Notes under the pieces: generated by a model
What the model saw: the letters and a program-made list of their open reading frames with translations, nothing else
Told to the model about the DNA's origin: nothing
Database searches by the model: none
Part shown: piece after piece, positions 32,390 through 41,987 of the stretch
Layout of the letters: each line of letters starts with the position of its first letter
Numbering within the stretch: position 1 is the first letter of the stretch
Assembly: GCA_016787925.1 (NCBI GenBank)
Contig: JAEUSK010000243.1
Location: 1 to 61,591 of the forward strand
DNA: 61,591 nucleotides
Origin: a bacterium
GTDB lineage: Bacteria; CLD3; SB21
Reading direction: 5' to 3'
Position numbers and translations under genes: made by a program

Positions 32390-35300
32390 CTAATCGAATA
32401 GCGTGAACCCGAACAAAATCGTCAGATAGTAGCGCCATTCCCTTCCATTTTGAATTTTTTGTCTTTCCTTGTACAAACCAGCTCCACCGAGAGAACCGTC
32501 ATACCTGGAAATGAGCGGTCCCAGTGTTGTAAATTTATCTAAACCATAGGCTGCATTAAATGTAACTCGGGTAGGGTAAACAAAAAAAGAGTAGAACTCC
32601 ATGCGTAATTCGCCGCCAATCGATTTCTTAAAGTTTATTCCTTTGCTCCATGCGTCACCGTATCCAAAGTGAATACCGCCGAATATTTTATCGAGATAGA
32701 GATTGGCGAATTTTGAATCAATATGTTTCCATATTGGAAATCGATAAGTAGTGTTCAGCAGCGCCAGTTTATTTCCTTCAATGCTATAGAACGAATATCC
32801 CTTCAGACCCGCGAGACCGCCGCCGAAGAAATTGAAGAAACTATCAACTTTATTTGGAATAATGCCGCCTTGAAACGAGAGTTCCAATGTGTGATCCTTG
32901 ATCGGTATCTTTAAGTATTCGTTATAGGTTCCCTCCAGGCGATGAAAACGGGCCTTTTCATACAATTCTGTGTTGGCGCCGGTGGTGGTGTTAAAAGCAA
33001 ATCCTGAGATCAGGTTATCAAGATTGTAGCTGTATTTTAAATTTCCTTTTCTGCCGCCTCTCGGGTTGATCTCACCGTCGATAAAGGGTTTAAGTGAACT
33101 GAATTTCCAGTCAGCGGAAAAATCGTTGCCGTAATAATATTTAATGAGTCCCGTTGCCGGAATGCGCTGTATCTCTACACCGTTAAATTCACGCCAATTG
33201 GAGATTTTGACAAACGATTCAGCATGCGCAAAATTGAAACGCAAATCCCGCGGTCTAATGAGACTCACGTCAATTCCCGCGTCAACTTCACGTAACTCAA
33301 ACGTGTTTTTTTGAATGGATTCATACACAGGATCAGGATCATTTGACGGATCACTGTTTTCTCTGAAAGTTCGTGATCGAGTCAGATTGTACAATTCAAG
33401 AAAGAGAGTTGGGCCGAAACCACTGAATTCAAAGATACCGAATAGATCCCTGTCAAGATCAGGTATATTGAACATCGCTCCGCCAAAGAATGAGGATTTA
33501 GATAATACGTCACTGGAATAGAAATACAACCCCGGTTTGAATGTGCCGTAGTCAATTCGTAACACCGGCAGAAAAGAAAAATCCAGAAACTGGGTTTTGT
33601 ACGTGGAAATCGAATCGAATGTTGGTAGTGTAGTGTCATCATAACTTTTTGGATAGTTCGGCCAACGCTGCGGGTAATTTTGATTAGTGAGTTGTGTTGC
33701 ATTTGCAGTGAGTCTGTGAATATTTGGATTAACAACAGAATACTGAGCATTCATTATATCCATGTCACGTATAAGGTCAATCTTACTTATCGTGAAGCCG
33801 ACGTCTTTGTACAGTGTGAATAGTAATTTATCATCTATGGAAATGGAAGGATAGAAAGCGCCGCCCAGTACATTGGTAACCAAGTGCTTTTCCTTCGACT
33901 CCAGGTTCAACCTATAGACATTAAAAATTCCAGTTTCATCGGATGTGTAGTACAAGTAGTGCCCGTCCGGTGACACAGCGGGTGAACGCTCGTCATATGA
34001 TTGATTGGAAATCCATTGGATATCGCCAGATTGCATATCGAGAAGGGCTACATCCCGTCCATCGTCAATAGACGTGTCAAAAAATATTTGATTACCGTTG
34101 GGATGAAATACCGGGCGGTAAATTTGCCGTCCATTATGATAATCTGTTAAAAGCGAATAAGATAGACCTTGTCTCAAAGAATTTAAGCGGCCAAACTCTT
34201 TACTCAAAACAGTCAAATCGGCAGGAACGCCTTTAATAAGGATTACATTATTATTTCCGTCAGCATTGACAACTCCTGCGATACTTTGTCCATCCGGCGA
34301 AAACACAGGCGCGAAAACACGAAGGGACCTTGTAATACGGTATTCTTCATTTTTGCCAATATCAAAAATATAAATATCATTCACCTGAGAGTGGTATTTA
34401 TTATCGGGTAAATTCTTTGAATAGACCAATTTTGCTCCATCGGGCGACCACGAAGCAGGGCCGTCAACGTTATTCGTTATTTTTTTAGTCGACTTCAATG
34501 ATAGGTCGTAGAGATAGAGTGAAGTTTGGCCAAGATAATCATAGCCGGTATTTGATATGTAAACAAACTTTGAACCGTCCGGTGAAAATGTTGGGTAAAA
34601 GTTTGCCGTTCCTTCAATTGGAAATACGGTACCTTCAGCAAAATGACTCTGTATAAGCTTTGTTTCATTCTTATAATGCTGCTCAATATTGGCTCGCCAG
34701 TCGCTGTATAGTGAGTCCAATGGACGTCCTGTAGCCTTTTTAACAGCTCCTTCGAATGAGGTCGTAACAGTACGCGAAAAGCGGCATATCTGTTCCAGCG
34801 ATTCGTCGCCGTAGATTGATGCAATATAAGTGACAAATGCATAACCGCTGTTGTATGCCGACTCGTTACCGATACTATTTTTTCCAAAAGTGCCCATGGA
34901 ATTCAAACTGAGTAATTGTCCCGACAAAACGCGGGAACGCAGAATCATGTCCCGATGTGAATCCCAGAATTCGTAATCAAGATGTTTGATTTGATATTGT
35001 GCAACTCCTTCTGCGAACCAAACAGGTAATGCAACACCGGCGATAGGGTAGGATGCCACAATATTCGGAAAGCCGCGAAGCACATCCTGGCGCCGTTCTT
35101 TTTCGTATCCGATGTACTGAAGGTAAAAACCGGGAACTTTACGTGAAAATTTCATAGCGGCCTGCAACGAGATCATGTGGGTAAATTCATGTGTGACAAC
35201 ATTTCGCAGCCAGTTGTGGTTTCCGCGTAACTCAAAATCAAGACTGGACGCCCAAATTTCAATTTTATTGTCATAATAATAGGCTCCGCCATTTGAATAA

Positions 35301-35599
35301 TCATCGGTGTCACGAATGATAAAATGAATACGCTGAGGCTTGTGATGGTATAATCGCGTTACGGGACCATATATTTCTTCAGCGATCTTCGCGACAAGGT
35401 AGGCGGTACGTTCAGGGCCTTTTGCCGTAGCGGCATGATAATTCACAGGCATGTCGTGATAATGCACGTCAAAATGCGTCGTCCTTATGGTAAACCAGTT
35501 CAATTCACCGTGCGACCACGACTCCGGCTGTGCGGAGAGACGATCTGGACAAGAGAAAAAAAAGCACAAAATAATGAGTTGAAAAGCGAGACGGAACAT
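32390..35599 (-). CDS. Secreted tri-modular protein: HExxH peptidase-like domain, TolB-type (PD40) beta-propeller repeats and a C-terminal Omp85-like beta-barrel
   Basis: I use the ATG at 35599, which gives the signal peptide MFRLAFQLIILCFFFSCPDRLSAQ. It has an HEFTHM motif and at least 5 PD40-like repeats (FSPDGSKFVY, WSPDGAKLVY, FSPDGQSIAG, FHPNGNQIFF, VSPDGHYLYY). The last ~450 aa have alternating beta-strand patterns ending ...FGFTLFD. Confidence 0.8.
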   Translation of the reverse strand: MFRLAFQLIILCFFFSCPDRLSAQPESWSHGELNWFTIRTTHFDVHYHDMPVNYHAATAKGPERTAYLVAKIAEEIYGPVTRLYHHKPQRIHFIIRDTDDYSNGGAYYYDNKIEIWASSLDFELRGNHNWLRNVVTHEFTHMISLQAAMKFSRKVPGFYLQYIGYEKERRQDVLRGFPNIVASYPIAGVALPVWFAEGVAQYQIKHLDYEFWDSHRDMILRSRVLSGQLLSLNSMGTFGKNSIGNESAYNSGYAFVTYIASIYGDESLEQICRFSRTVTTSFEGAVKKATGRPLDSLYSDWRANIEQHYKNETKLIQSHFAEGTVFPIEGTANFYPTFSPDGSKFVYISNTGYDYLGQTSLYLYDLSLKSTKKITNNVDGPASWSPDGAKLVYSKNLPDNKYHSQVNDIYIFDIGKNEEYRITRSLRVFAPVFSPDGQSIAGVVNADGNNNVILIKGVPADLTVLSKEFGRLNSLRQGLSYSLLTDYHNGRQIYRPVFHPNGNQIFFDTSIDDGRDVALLDMQSGDIQWISNQSYDERSPAVSPDGHYLYYTSDETGIFNVYRLNLESKEKHLVTNVLGGAFYPSISIDDKLLFTLYKDVGFTISKIDLIRDMDIMNAQYSVVNPNIHRLTANATQLTNQNYPQRWPNYPKSYDDTTLPTFDSISTYKTQFLDFSFLPVLRIDYGTFKPGLYFYSSDVLSKSSFFGGAMFNIPDLDRDLFGIFEFSGFGPTLFLELYNLTRSRTFRENSDPSNDPDPVYESIQKNTFELREVDAGIDVSLIRPRDLRFNFAHAESFVKISNWREFNGVEIQRIPATGLIKYYYGNDFSADWKFSSLKPFIDGEINPRGGRKGNLKYSYNLDNLISGFAFNTTTGANTELYEKARFHRLEGTYNEYLKIPIKDHTLELSFQGGIIPNKVDSFFNFFGGGLAGLKGYSFYSIEGNKLALLNTTYRFPIWKHIDSKFANLYLDKIFGGIHFGYGDAWSKGINFKKSIGGELRMEFYSFFVYPTRVTFNAAYGLDKFTTLGPLISRYDGSLGGAGLYKERQKIQNGREWRYYLTILFGFTLFD

Positions 35600-35603
35600 G
35601 ATG

Positions 35604-36788
35604 CTACTTTTTCTTAAATTTAATTTCCAGCCAGCCGTTGTTATATTCGGCGCCTTCACTTTGGAGCAGCGATAAGGAGTCCGGCAAAACAAATGAGCGC
35701 ATCTGGTTTCCAATTCCGATAATTAATTCATTGCCCCGTGTCGTCACGTCAATTTTATTATTCTCGACAAACGGGACTTTAATCGCAAATATTTTCTCTT
35801 TTTTCGTAGAATAAATGCGGATGGGTTTATCTGCATAGAATACATCAGTTGGGTCGCGATCCCCATAAATTATATTACCAAGCCGGCTGAGTCTCGATAT
35901 ACCGATTACCTCGTCTTTCAGGTACGGAACTTCTGTGATTGGAAGTGGAGAAAAATTATCATAAATCATTTTTAAATACTTTTGTTGGGTAACTTGCCAA
36001 TCCTTGAAATAACCCTTAAGACCGTCCTTTGGGATCACCCGGTTGATAATGATCTGATCCGTGATCATGCCAAATAAATTGAGGTAAGTCCACGCGCGCT
36101 GTGATTCATTTATTACCATTTTTTCCGGATTTAGTACTATACGCGTTGATGTGAGAGATTGATGTTCAAATAGTTTACGCATATCGAGTAATTGTTCAAG
36201 AACTAGTTCCCATGAGTGGGTAACGTTTTCAGGCGCAATCACTGCGCGGAGAGATTTTGACATTTTAGATGCTGGCCGGATCACGGGGGAGACGATATAT
36301 TTTTCAAGGTAACGGGTAATTCTTAATGCCATAGAAACAATCTGCGGTAAACTGAGAAGACGCAAACTCTCTCCGGTTGGCGCCATGTCAATGATCAAAA
36401 CGTCATAGTTTCCTGAATCATAAAATTCTTTGATACGAAGCAAACTGAATACATTGTCCATTCCTGGAATTATGGCTAATTCGCCTGCGATAGCGTCATC
36501 GGCGCCGAGAGTAACGATGAGAGAAGAAAGATAATCTTTGATCTGACCCCAGTTATTGTCCAATTCATGAAAAGCGTCAATCTCTATTCCGTCAAGATTT
36601 GTTGTAATGTTTTGAACGACGTGAGTTAGATTAACTTGAAACGTGTCGGATAAGCTATGCGAAGGATCGGTACTGATAACAATGGTTCGATACCCGAGAG
36701 AGGCGGTATGAAGCGCCGTGGCGGCTGCCGTTGTCGTTTTTCCGACTCCGCCTTTCCCTGAAAAGAAAATAATTCGTAATTGTTTCAA
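35604..36788 (-). CDS. ArsA/Get3(TRC40)-family ATPase with a C-terminal HSP20-like domain
   Basis: 394 aa with a deviant Walker A (GKGGVGKTT), a switch region (DTAPTG-like: DMAPTGESLRLL) and an alpha-crystallin-like C-terminus (…EGAEYNNGWLEIKFKK). Its stop lies 4 nt before the next start. Confidence 0.9.
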   Translation of the reverse strand: MKQLRIIFFSGKGGVGKTTTAAATALHTASLGYRTIVISTDPSHSLSDTFQVNLTHVVQNITTNLDGIEIDAFHELDNNWGQIKDYLSSLIVTLGADDAIAGELAIIPGMDNVFSLLRIKEFYDSGNYDVLIIDMAPTGESLRLLSLPQIVSMALRITRYLEKYIVSPVIRPASKMSKSLRAVIAPENVTHSWELVLEQLLDMRKLFEHQSLTSTRIVLNPEKMVINESQRAWTYLNLFGMITDQIIINRVIPKDGLKGYFKDWQVTQQKYLKMIYDNFSPLPITEVPYLKDEVIGISRLSRLGNIIYGDRDPTDVFYADKPIRIYSTKKEKIFAIKVPFVENNKIDVTTRGNELIIGIGNQMRSFVLPDSLSLLQSEGAEYNNGWLEIKFKKK

Positions 36789-36797
36789 ACGCTCAAC

Positions 36798-37295
36798 TCA
36801 TTGTTGTAATATGGACAACATGTCTTCTTCGACGGATTTGGAAGGGTGTTCAGTAATACGGCCTATCTCAGCATTATTTTTTAGAAAAACCATGGTTGGA
36901 ACGCGTGAAATGGCATATTTTACGGTTAGCTGTTGTTTATCTCTTTTTGTCCTGTCCAGTCCGTAGAGAGTGTAAGTCAAATTGGCTAATCCCTCCAAAT
37001 CCAGTGTTTTGAGGAAAAAAGACAGATTTCTTTTGGAATCGCCGCACCATGTTCCAAGAAAGATCTTGACGTGAATGTTTCCTGAAAATTGTCTCAGCGC
37101 GTGAATAACGGAGTCATTCGGAGTATACGATTCATAATTTGCTTTGAAGATAGGAAATTCGGCGAAAAGTTCAGTCTGAGTGATGATGCCAATAAGCACG
37201 GGTTCATCATTGATAACTTGCTTACGTGAAACATGAGTTGTACAAGACTGTAATGTCAGAAACAGCGCTAACAAATATAGAATGCGATATATCAT
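36798..37295 (-). CDS. Thioredoxin-fold lipoprotein with a monothiol WCGDS (CxxS) motif
   Basis: I use the ATG at 37295, which overlaps the tatC stop (ATGA). It has a signal peptide and lipobox (LTLQSC) and reads FLGTWCGDSKRN. Confidence 0.75.
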   Translation of the reverse strand: MIYRILYLLALFLTLQSCTTHVSRKQVINDEPVLIGIITQTELFAEFPIFKANYESYTPNDSVIHALRQFSGNIHVKIFLGTWCGDSKRNLSFFLKTLDLEGLANLTYTLYGLDRTKRDKQQLTVKYAISRVPTMVFLKNNAEIGRITEHPSKSVEEDMLSILQQ

Positions 37296-38104
37296 TCGTC
37301 CTTCACTTTTTTTCGTCCGGTGATCATCGAGACCCAAATACTGATTTCATACAGGATTATCATAGGTGCAGCCACAACGAATAGGGTAATCATGTCCGTC
37401 GTAGGCGTTACGATGGCAGCAACAACAAGGCAGGCAATAGACGCATGGCGCCAATAGGTTCGCAAAAACTTATGATTCAATACGCCTATTTTAGTAAGAA
37501 AGAAAGACAGTACAGGCAATTCAAAAGTGAGGCCCGTAATGAGCATGAATCCTGAGACAAAACTCAGGTATGCATCCAAATCGATCATGTTCTCTATGAT
37601 AATACCGAGTTCCTTATCTATATCGCCCATGGTCAAGAGAAAATTAAGCGTTATTGGAATGACAATCAGGAACGAGAAAAGCGCGCCTATAATGAAACAA
37701 ATTGTTGCAGAAAGAATAATCGGAATGGCATAACGGCGCTCTTTCTTTCTCAATCCTGGGGAAATAAAACGCCACAATTGGAAGAGAATAATTGGTAAAC
37801 TGAGTATAATTCCGCTGATCAGCCCAACCTGAATTTTTACCATCATCAATCCCTGGACTTGTGTAATAACCGGACGCATCATCTCAATGGGAGGTTTGAT
37901 ATTCGGAATGAGCATAGGCGGGTATAGCAATAACTTAATAATAGAATTGCTGAATACAAACGACACCATCATCATTACAAGCACCGATAAGACAATAAAA
38001 ATCAGCCTGCGCCGCAATTCTGCCAGATGATCCAAAAATGACATCTGGATGTGGTTGGTCTCGTTTTCGGTCAGTTCGGGGCTATCTTTTTCTGCGTCAG
38101 ACAT
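37292..38104 (-). CDS. tatC: Twin-arginine translocase subunit TatC
   Basis: 270 aa with an MSFLDHLAELRRRL N-terminal signature and 6 TM segments. Confidence 0.9.
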   Translation of the reverse strand: MSDAEKDSPELTENETNHIQMSFLDHLAELRRRLIFIVLSVLVMMMVSFVFSNSIIKLLLYPPMLIPNIKPPIEMMRPVITQVQGLMMVKIQVGLISGIILSLPIILFQLWRFISPGLRKKERRYAIPIILSATICFIIGALFSFLIVIPITLNFLLTMGDIDKELGIIIENMIDLDAYLSFVSGFMLITGLTFELPVLSFFLTKIGVLNHKFLRTYWRHASIACLVVAAIVTPTTDMITLFVVAAPMIILYEISIWVSMITGRKKVKDE

Positions 38105-38127
38105 AGGAAGCGTTTCTATGGATTTAG

Positions 38128-38562
38128 TTAAAAAAGCCGTTCGTATTTTTCTTTTGAAAACGGGGTATGTTCTTTTTTATACCAGTAGGATGACATCTTT
38201 CTATTTATTTGTTTATCCAAAATGTCCTTTCTGATCAATCGCATAAACAATCCGATGGGGGCGAACAGAATAATAAACATTAATGTTAATATGATTCGTG
38301 ATACAAAATAGCCAATGACAATTGATAGAATCGTCATGCCTTTGTAAAGCGGTTTTAGAAGAGTAGTATAGGCAAAAGCCGTTAGCATCATTAAACCGCC
38401 AAAAGCGGCGAACCAAACCCATAGTTCAATCTGTTTATACCACAACCAAACCGCAATTGCAGTCAGGATAACCGAAAAAATTATTCCGAACTTCTTCACA
38501 GTTTTTGTATCGCAAATCATTTCATGAATTTCGTAACGGATGTCTTTAATAATATCTTTCAC
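38128..38562 (-). CDS. SxtJ-like small membrane protein (carbamoyltransferase-associated)
   Basis: 144 aa with 3-4 TM segments. Its C-terminus (FAPIGLFMRLIRKDILDKQINRKMSSYWYKKE...ERLF) matches my recollection of the SxtJ family. It lies immediately downstream of a carbamoyltransferase. Confidence 0.6.
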   Translation of the reverse strand: MKDIIKDIRYEIHEMICDTKTVKKFGIIFSVILTAIAVWLWYKQIELWVWFAAFGGLMMLTAFAYTTLLKPLYKGMTILSIVIGYFVSRIILTLMFIILFAPIGLFMRLIRKDILDKQINRKMSSYWYKKEHTPFSKEKYERLF

Positions 38563-38605
38563 TTGTCCACCCTTCTTGATAAGTATGTAATAGCGAAATG
38601 TTTTG

Positions 38606-40426
38606 TTAATCGAGTTCGAACTCTGTCATCCACTCTTTATTATCGTCTATTGGTTTCTGGTCGGCTTTTTTCAGAACATAGTTTCCCAAAACGAGGTAAT
38701 CCATTTCAGTCCGCATAAAGCAGCGGAACGCGTCTTCCGGTGAACAAACAATCGGTTCGCCTCGGACATTAAAGGATGTGTTGACAATGACAGGACAACC
38801 TGTTTTTTTATAAAACGCATGTATGAGTTCGTAATAAGCCCCGTGCGTATCTTTGTGAACCGTTTGCACTCTCGCCGAATAATCAATGTGTGTGACAGCA
38901 GGAATTTCAGAGCGCGGGATATTAAGTTTTTCAATTCCGAATAATTTTTGTTGATCTGCCGTCATAGGAATTCTCTTCTTGTCGACTACATCAGCAACTA
39001 AGAGCATGTATTTACTATCATGATCCATATCAAAATATTCGTTCATGTGTTCACGCAGCACACTTGGCGCGAAGGGGCGAAATGACTCGCGGTATTTGAT
39101 CTTGAGATTCATTACGGACTGCATTTTGGCGGAACGTGCATCGCCGATGATACTGCGCGAACCGAGCGCTCGCGGTCCGAATTCCATACGTTCCTGAAAC
39201 CATCCTACCACCTTTTCGTTGGCAAGTTCGCCGGAGATTTGTGTAATCATTTCTGTTCGGCTTAGCTTCTGAAAGGGAATCGAATTGCCGGCGAGAAAAG
39301 ACTCGATATATTCGTCAGAAAAATGAGGTCCAAGGTAGGAACCGTGCTGAGTATCGTCAATTTCATTGCAAGTTCTGGGGTTCTGGAGATATTGATACCA
39401 AACGAAGAGTGCGGCACCCAGCGCGCTCCCTGCATCGCCTGCGGCCGGCTGTATCCAGATATCATCGAATATATTATCCTTAAGTAACTTGCCGTTGGCA
39501 ACGCAATTTAACGCAACGCCGCCGGCTAAACACAGCCTTTTTTGTCCGGTAACTTTCCTGATGTGTTTGGCCATTCTAAGCATGATTTCTTCGGTTACCA
39601 CTTGAACGGATTTTGCGAGGTCCATTTCGCGCTGAGTCAGCCATGATTCCGGTTCACGCGGCGGCCCGCCAAACAACTTATGAAATTTGCCATTGGTCAT
39701 CGTAAGGCCTGCGGCGAAATTAAAGTAGTCCATATTTAGTTTAAAACTGCCATCCTCCTTGAGATCAATAATATGCTTGTATATCAAATCAACGTATTTT
39801 GGTTCTCCGTATGGCGCAAGGCCCATGACTTTGTACTCGCCGGAGTTTACTTTAAAGCCCGTATAATAAGTAAACGCGGAATACAGAAGTCCTACGGAGT
39901 GTGGAAAATGAATTTCGAAATCGATAGCCAACTGATTCCCTTTAGCGACACCGAAGCTGGTGGTCGTCCATTCGCCAACACCATCTATCGTGAGAAATGC
40001 AGCCTCTGAGTAGGGTGAAGGAAAAAATGCGGCTGCGGCATGTGACTCGTGATGCTCCGGATAGATTATCTTACCCTTGAAGCCTTTCAGCTCCTCCATG
40101 ATCAGTTCAGGCATCCATAATTTTTTTCGGATCCATTGCGGCATAGCTTTCATGAACGAATTGAGGCCAAAAGGCGCATACGCGAAATACGTTCGCAGGA
40201 GGCGCTCAAATTTTACCAATGGCTTTTCATAAAAAGCGACATAATCGATCTGGCTTAAGTCAATGCCAGCATGGTTTAAACAGAACTGAACGGCATGATG
40301 CGGAAAATTATCATCCTGTTTTTTTCGCGTAAACCGCTCTTCTTGTGCCGCCGCAACGATTTCACCGTCTTTTATGAGTGCTGCCGCAGAATCGTGGTAA
40401 AAGCAGGAGATGCCGAGAATGTACAT
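38606..40426 (-). CDS. Carbamoyltransferase (NodU/CmcH family), copy 1
   Basis: I use the ATG at 40426 (MYILGISCFYHDSAAALIKDGEIVAAAQEERFTRKK). It has HHxxH-type (EHHESHAA) and C-terminal YrdC/Kae1-like motifs and is about 606 aa. Confidence 0.9.
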   Translation of the reverse strand: MYILGISCFYHDSAAALIKDGEIVAAAQEERFTRKKQDDNFPHHAVQFCLNHAGIDLSQIDYVAFYEKPLVKFERLLRTYFAYAPFGLNSFMKAMPQWIRKKLWMPELIMEELKGFKGKIIYPEHHESHAAAAFFPSPYSEAAFLTIDGVGEWTTTSFGVAKGNQLAIDFEIHFPHSVGLLYSAFTYYTGFKVNSGEYKVMGLAPYGEPKYVDLIYKHIIDLKEDGSFKLNMDYFNFAAGLTMTNGKFHKLFGGPPREPESWLTQREMDLAKSVQVVTEEIMLRMAKHIRKVTGQKRLCLAGGVALNCVANGKLLKDNIFDDIWIQPAAGDAGSALGAALFVWYQYLQNPRTCNEIDDTQHGSYLGPHFSDEYIESFLAGNSIPFQKLSRTEMITQISGELANEKVVGWFQERMEFGPRALGSRSIIGDARSAKMQSVMNLKIKYRESFRPFAPSVLREHMNEYFDMDHDSKYMLLVADVVDKKRIPMTADQQKLFGIEKLNIPRSEIPAVTHIDYSARVQTVHKDTHGAYYELIHAFYKKTGCPVIVNTSFNVRGEPIVCSPEDAFRCFMRTEMDYLVLGNYVLKKADQKPIDDNKEWMTEFELD

Positions 40427-40433
40427 ACGTGTC

Positions 40434-41987
40434 CTATTCCTCTTTAAATACGTGGTCAATGTTAATATCAATACTTACTAAGAAATATGCTGACGATTTG
40501 TCGTGATTCTTTTTGTGTTTTCGATTAAGAACGTTATCAAACCCAATCCTGGCCTGTCCAAATATGAATTGATTATGCCGGTACAGAGCTCCAAGCGATG
40601 CTGCGACAGTTTTTTCGACAACTCCCGACGGGAAGGATAATTTTACAAACGTTGAATCGTCGAAGTCATTGGATGCCAAATTGCGCTCGCCTAGTTTGGC
40701 GTAAGTTGCATCAAGATCAAATATCCATTTGGGCATTGGAAAATATTTAAAATTCAAACTCCATGATTCGCGGTCGTTTGCTTCATTGCCCAAACCCCTG
40801 CCTTCATACGTATACGACTGCCATGGGCGCTTTTGCTTCACATTATAGGTGTAACTGCCAATATTCTCGTACTGCAAAGTCCAATGTGCATTCTGAACAA
40901 GGAAATCTATTCCTTGAACGGCAAATAAAAAACCAAGTCTGTCGGAAGAAGTCTTACGGTTCGGCGCAGGATCATCTGGCCCGTCCAGAATAAGATCATC
41001 AATGAGTATTTGACCCTTAAAATTCAATGGCCGCAGCGGAATAAAAAAGTCAAAAGCCAGATTCTCGTTTGCTTCTTTACCCTCATTGGTTTGCGCGTTC
41101 ATAAAAATAGAGAAAGGATTCATATATGAGAATTCAATCGGCTGATTCGGCCCCCCATAAACCACTGTTTCAGAAAAACCTAAATTGATGCCGTTATTAA
41201 ATTTCAAATCTAATCGGTGAGCGGAAAAGTAACGGTTCGCATAAGGAGCGCCATAAACAACGGGGTTTAACTTGGCAAAAACACTGTGAAATGCAATGTG
41301 CTTCGTTTCAAAATTAAGTCCAATTTGATCGTAAGTATAAGGGTTATCTGATAATATCAGACTTCGGTCTAAAAAAGGGGCCCAGTTGTGAGCAACTCTG
41401 CCGACAAAAAGGTCCAGTTGGCCAAATTGAAGCGAACCATAGCCGTCTTCCAACCGCGCGGCAATCCAGTCGGTTTTTCTTCCTGAATAAGTCGGATCGT
41501 TGAGTAATCCGTTGTCAATCCGTCCACGCAACGAAACGGCGAGATGTTCCATGCTGTAATTGATCTCGGGATTAACAAAAAAATCCGACTCAAAATGATT
41601 ATTTCGGTAATCATTCACAGTTCCAAAGGATGCTTTCGCGGTTGCAGAAACTACATTGTTATTAGTAGACTTTAGGATATTAATCTCAGTGGTAAATTCT
41701 TTAAGAAGAAGCTCAATCCAATATTTTTCAGTTAAATTAAAATTCTCTATCTGGAGGGCAACGAGAGTTTTTGCGAGATCCAGTCTCTTGTAAGGCTTTA
41801 CTGAATAATACAAATCCTTCAAATAGCCACGGTCCTGAAGCAGTTGAATGTAGGTGTACGCCCAATGATCCGTATAGAGAAACGATGATCCCATATTCTT
41901 AGACTGAATTGCTGGCTTGTCCTGAGCCGTAAGATTCAGGCAAGAAAATAAAATGAGGGAGAAAAAAATAAGTATCTTATTAATCAT
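40434..41987 (-). CDS. Wzi-family-like outer-membrane capsule-assembly protein
   Basis: I use the ATG at 41987, which gives the signal peptide MINKILIFFSLILFSCLNLTAQD. It has an N-terminal helical motif (HWAYTYIQLLQDRGYL...KPYKRLDLAKTL) and a beta-barrel-like remainder. Confidence 0.6.
   Translation of the reverse strand: MINKILIFFSLILFSCLNLTAQDKPAIQSKNMGSSFLYTDHWAYTYIQLLQDRGYLKDLYYSVKPYKRLDLAKTLVALQIENFNLTEKYWIELLLKEFTTEINILKSTNNNVVSATAKASFGTVNDYRNNHFESDFFVNPEINYSMEHLAVSLRGRIDNGLLNDPTYSGRKTDWIAARLEDGYGSLQFGQLDLFVGRVAHNWAPFLDRSLILSDNPYTYDQIGLNFETKHIAFHSVFAKLNPVVYGAPYANRYFSAHRLDLKFNNGINLGFSETVVYGGPNQPIEFSYMNPFSIFMNAQTNEGKEANENLAFDFFIPLRPLNFKGQILIDDLILDGPDDPAPNRKTSSDRLGFLFAVQGIDFLVQNAHWTLQYENIGSYTYNVKQKRPWQSYTYEGRGLGNEANDRESWSLNFKYFPMPKWIFDLDATYAKLGERNLASNDFDDSTFVKLSFPSGVVEKTVAASLGALYRHNQFIFGQARIGFDNVLNRKHKKNHDKSSAYFLVSIDINIDHVFKEE

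Noticed and set aside
35604-36788. The ArsA-family ATPase considered as an arsenic-resistance determinant.
   Set aside because: It is a single-domain half-size protein with an HSP20-like tail. No arsB/acr3, arsC, arsD or arsR gene lies nearby. The Get3-like interpretation is more consistent but remains unproven.
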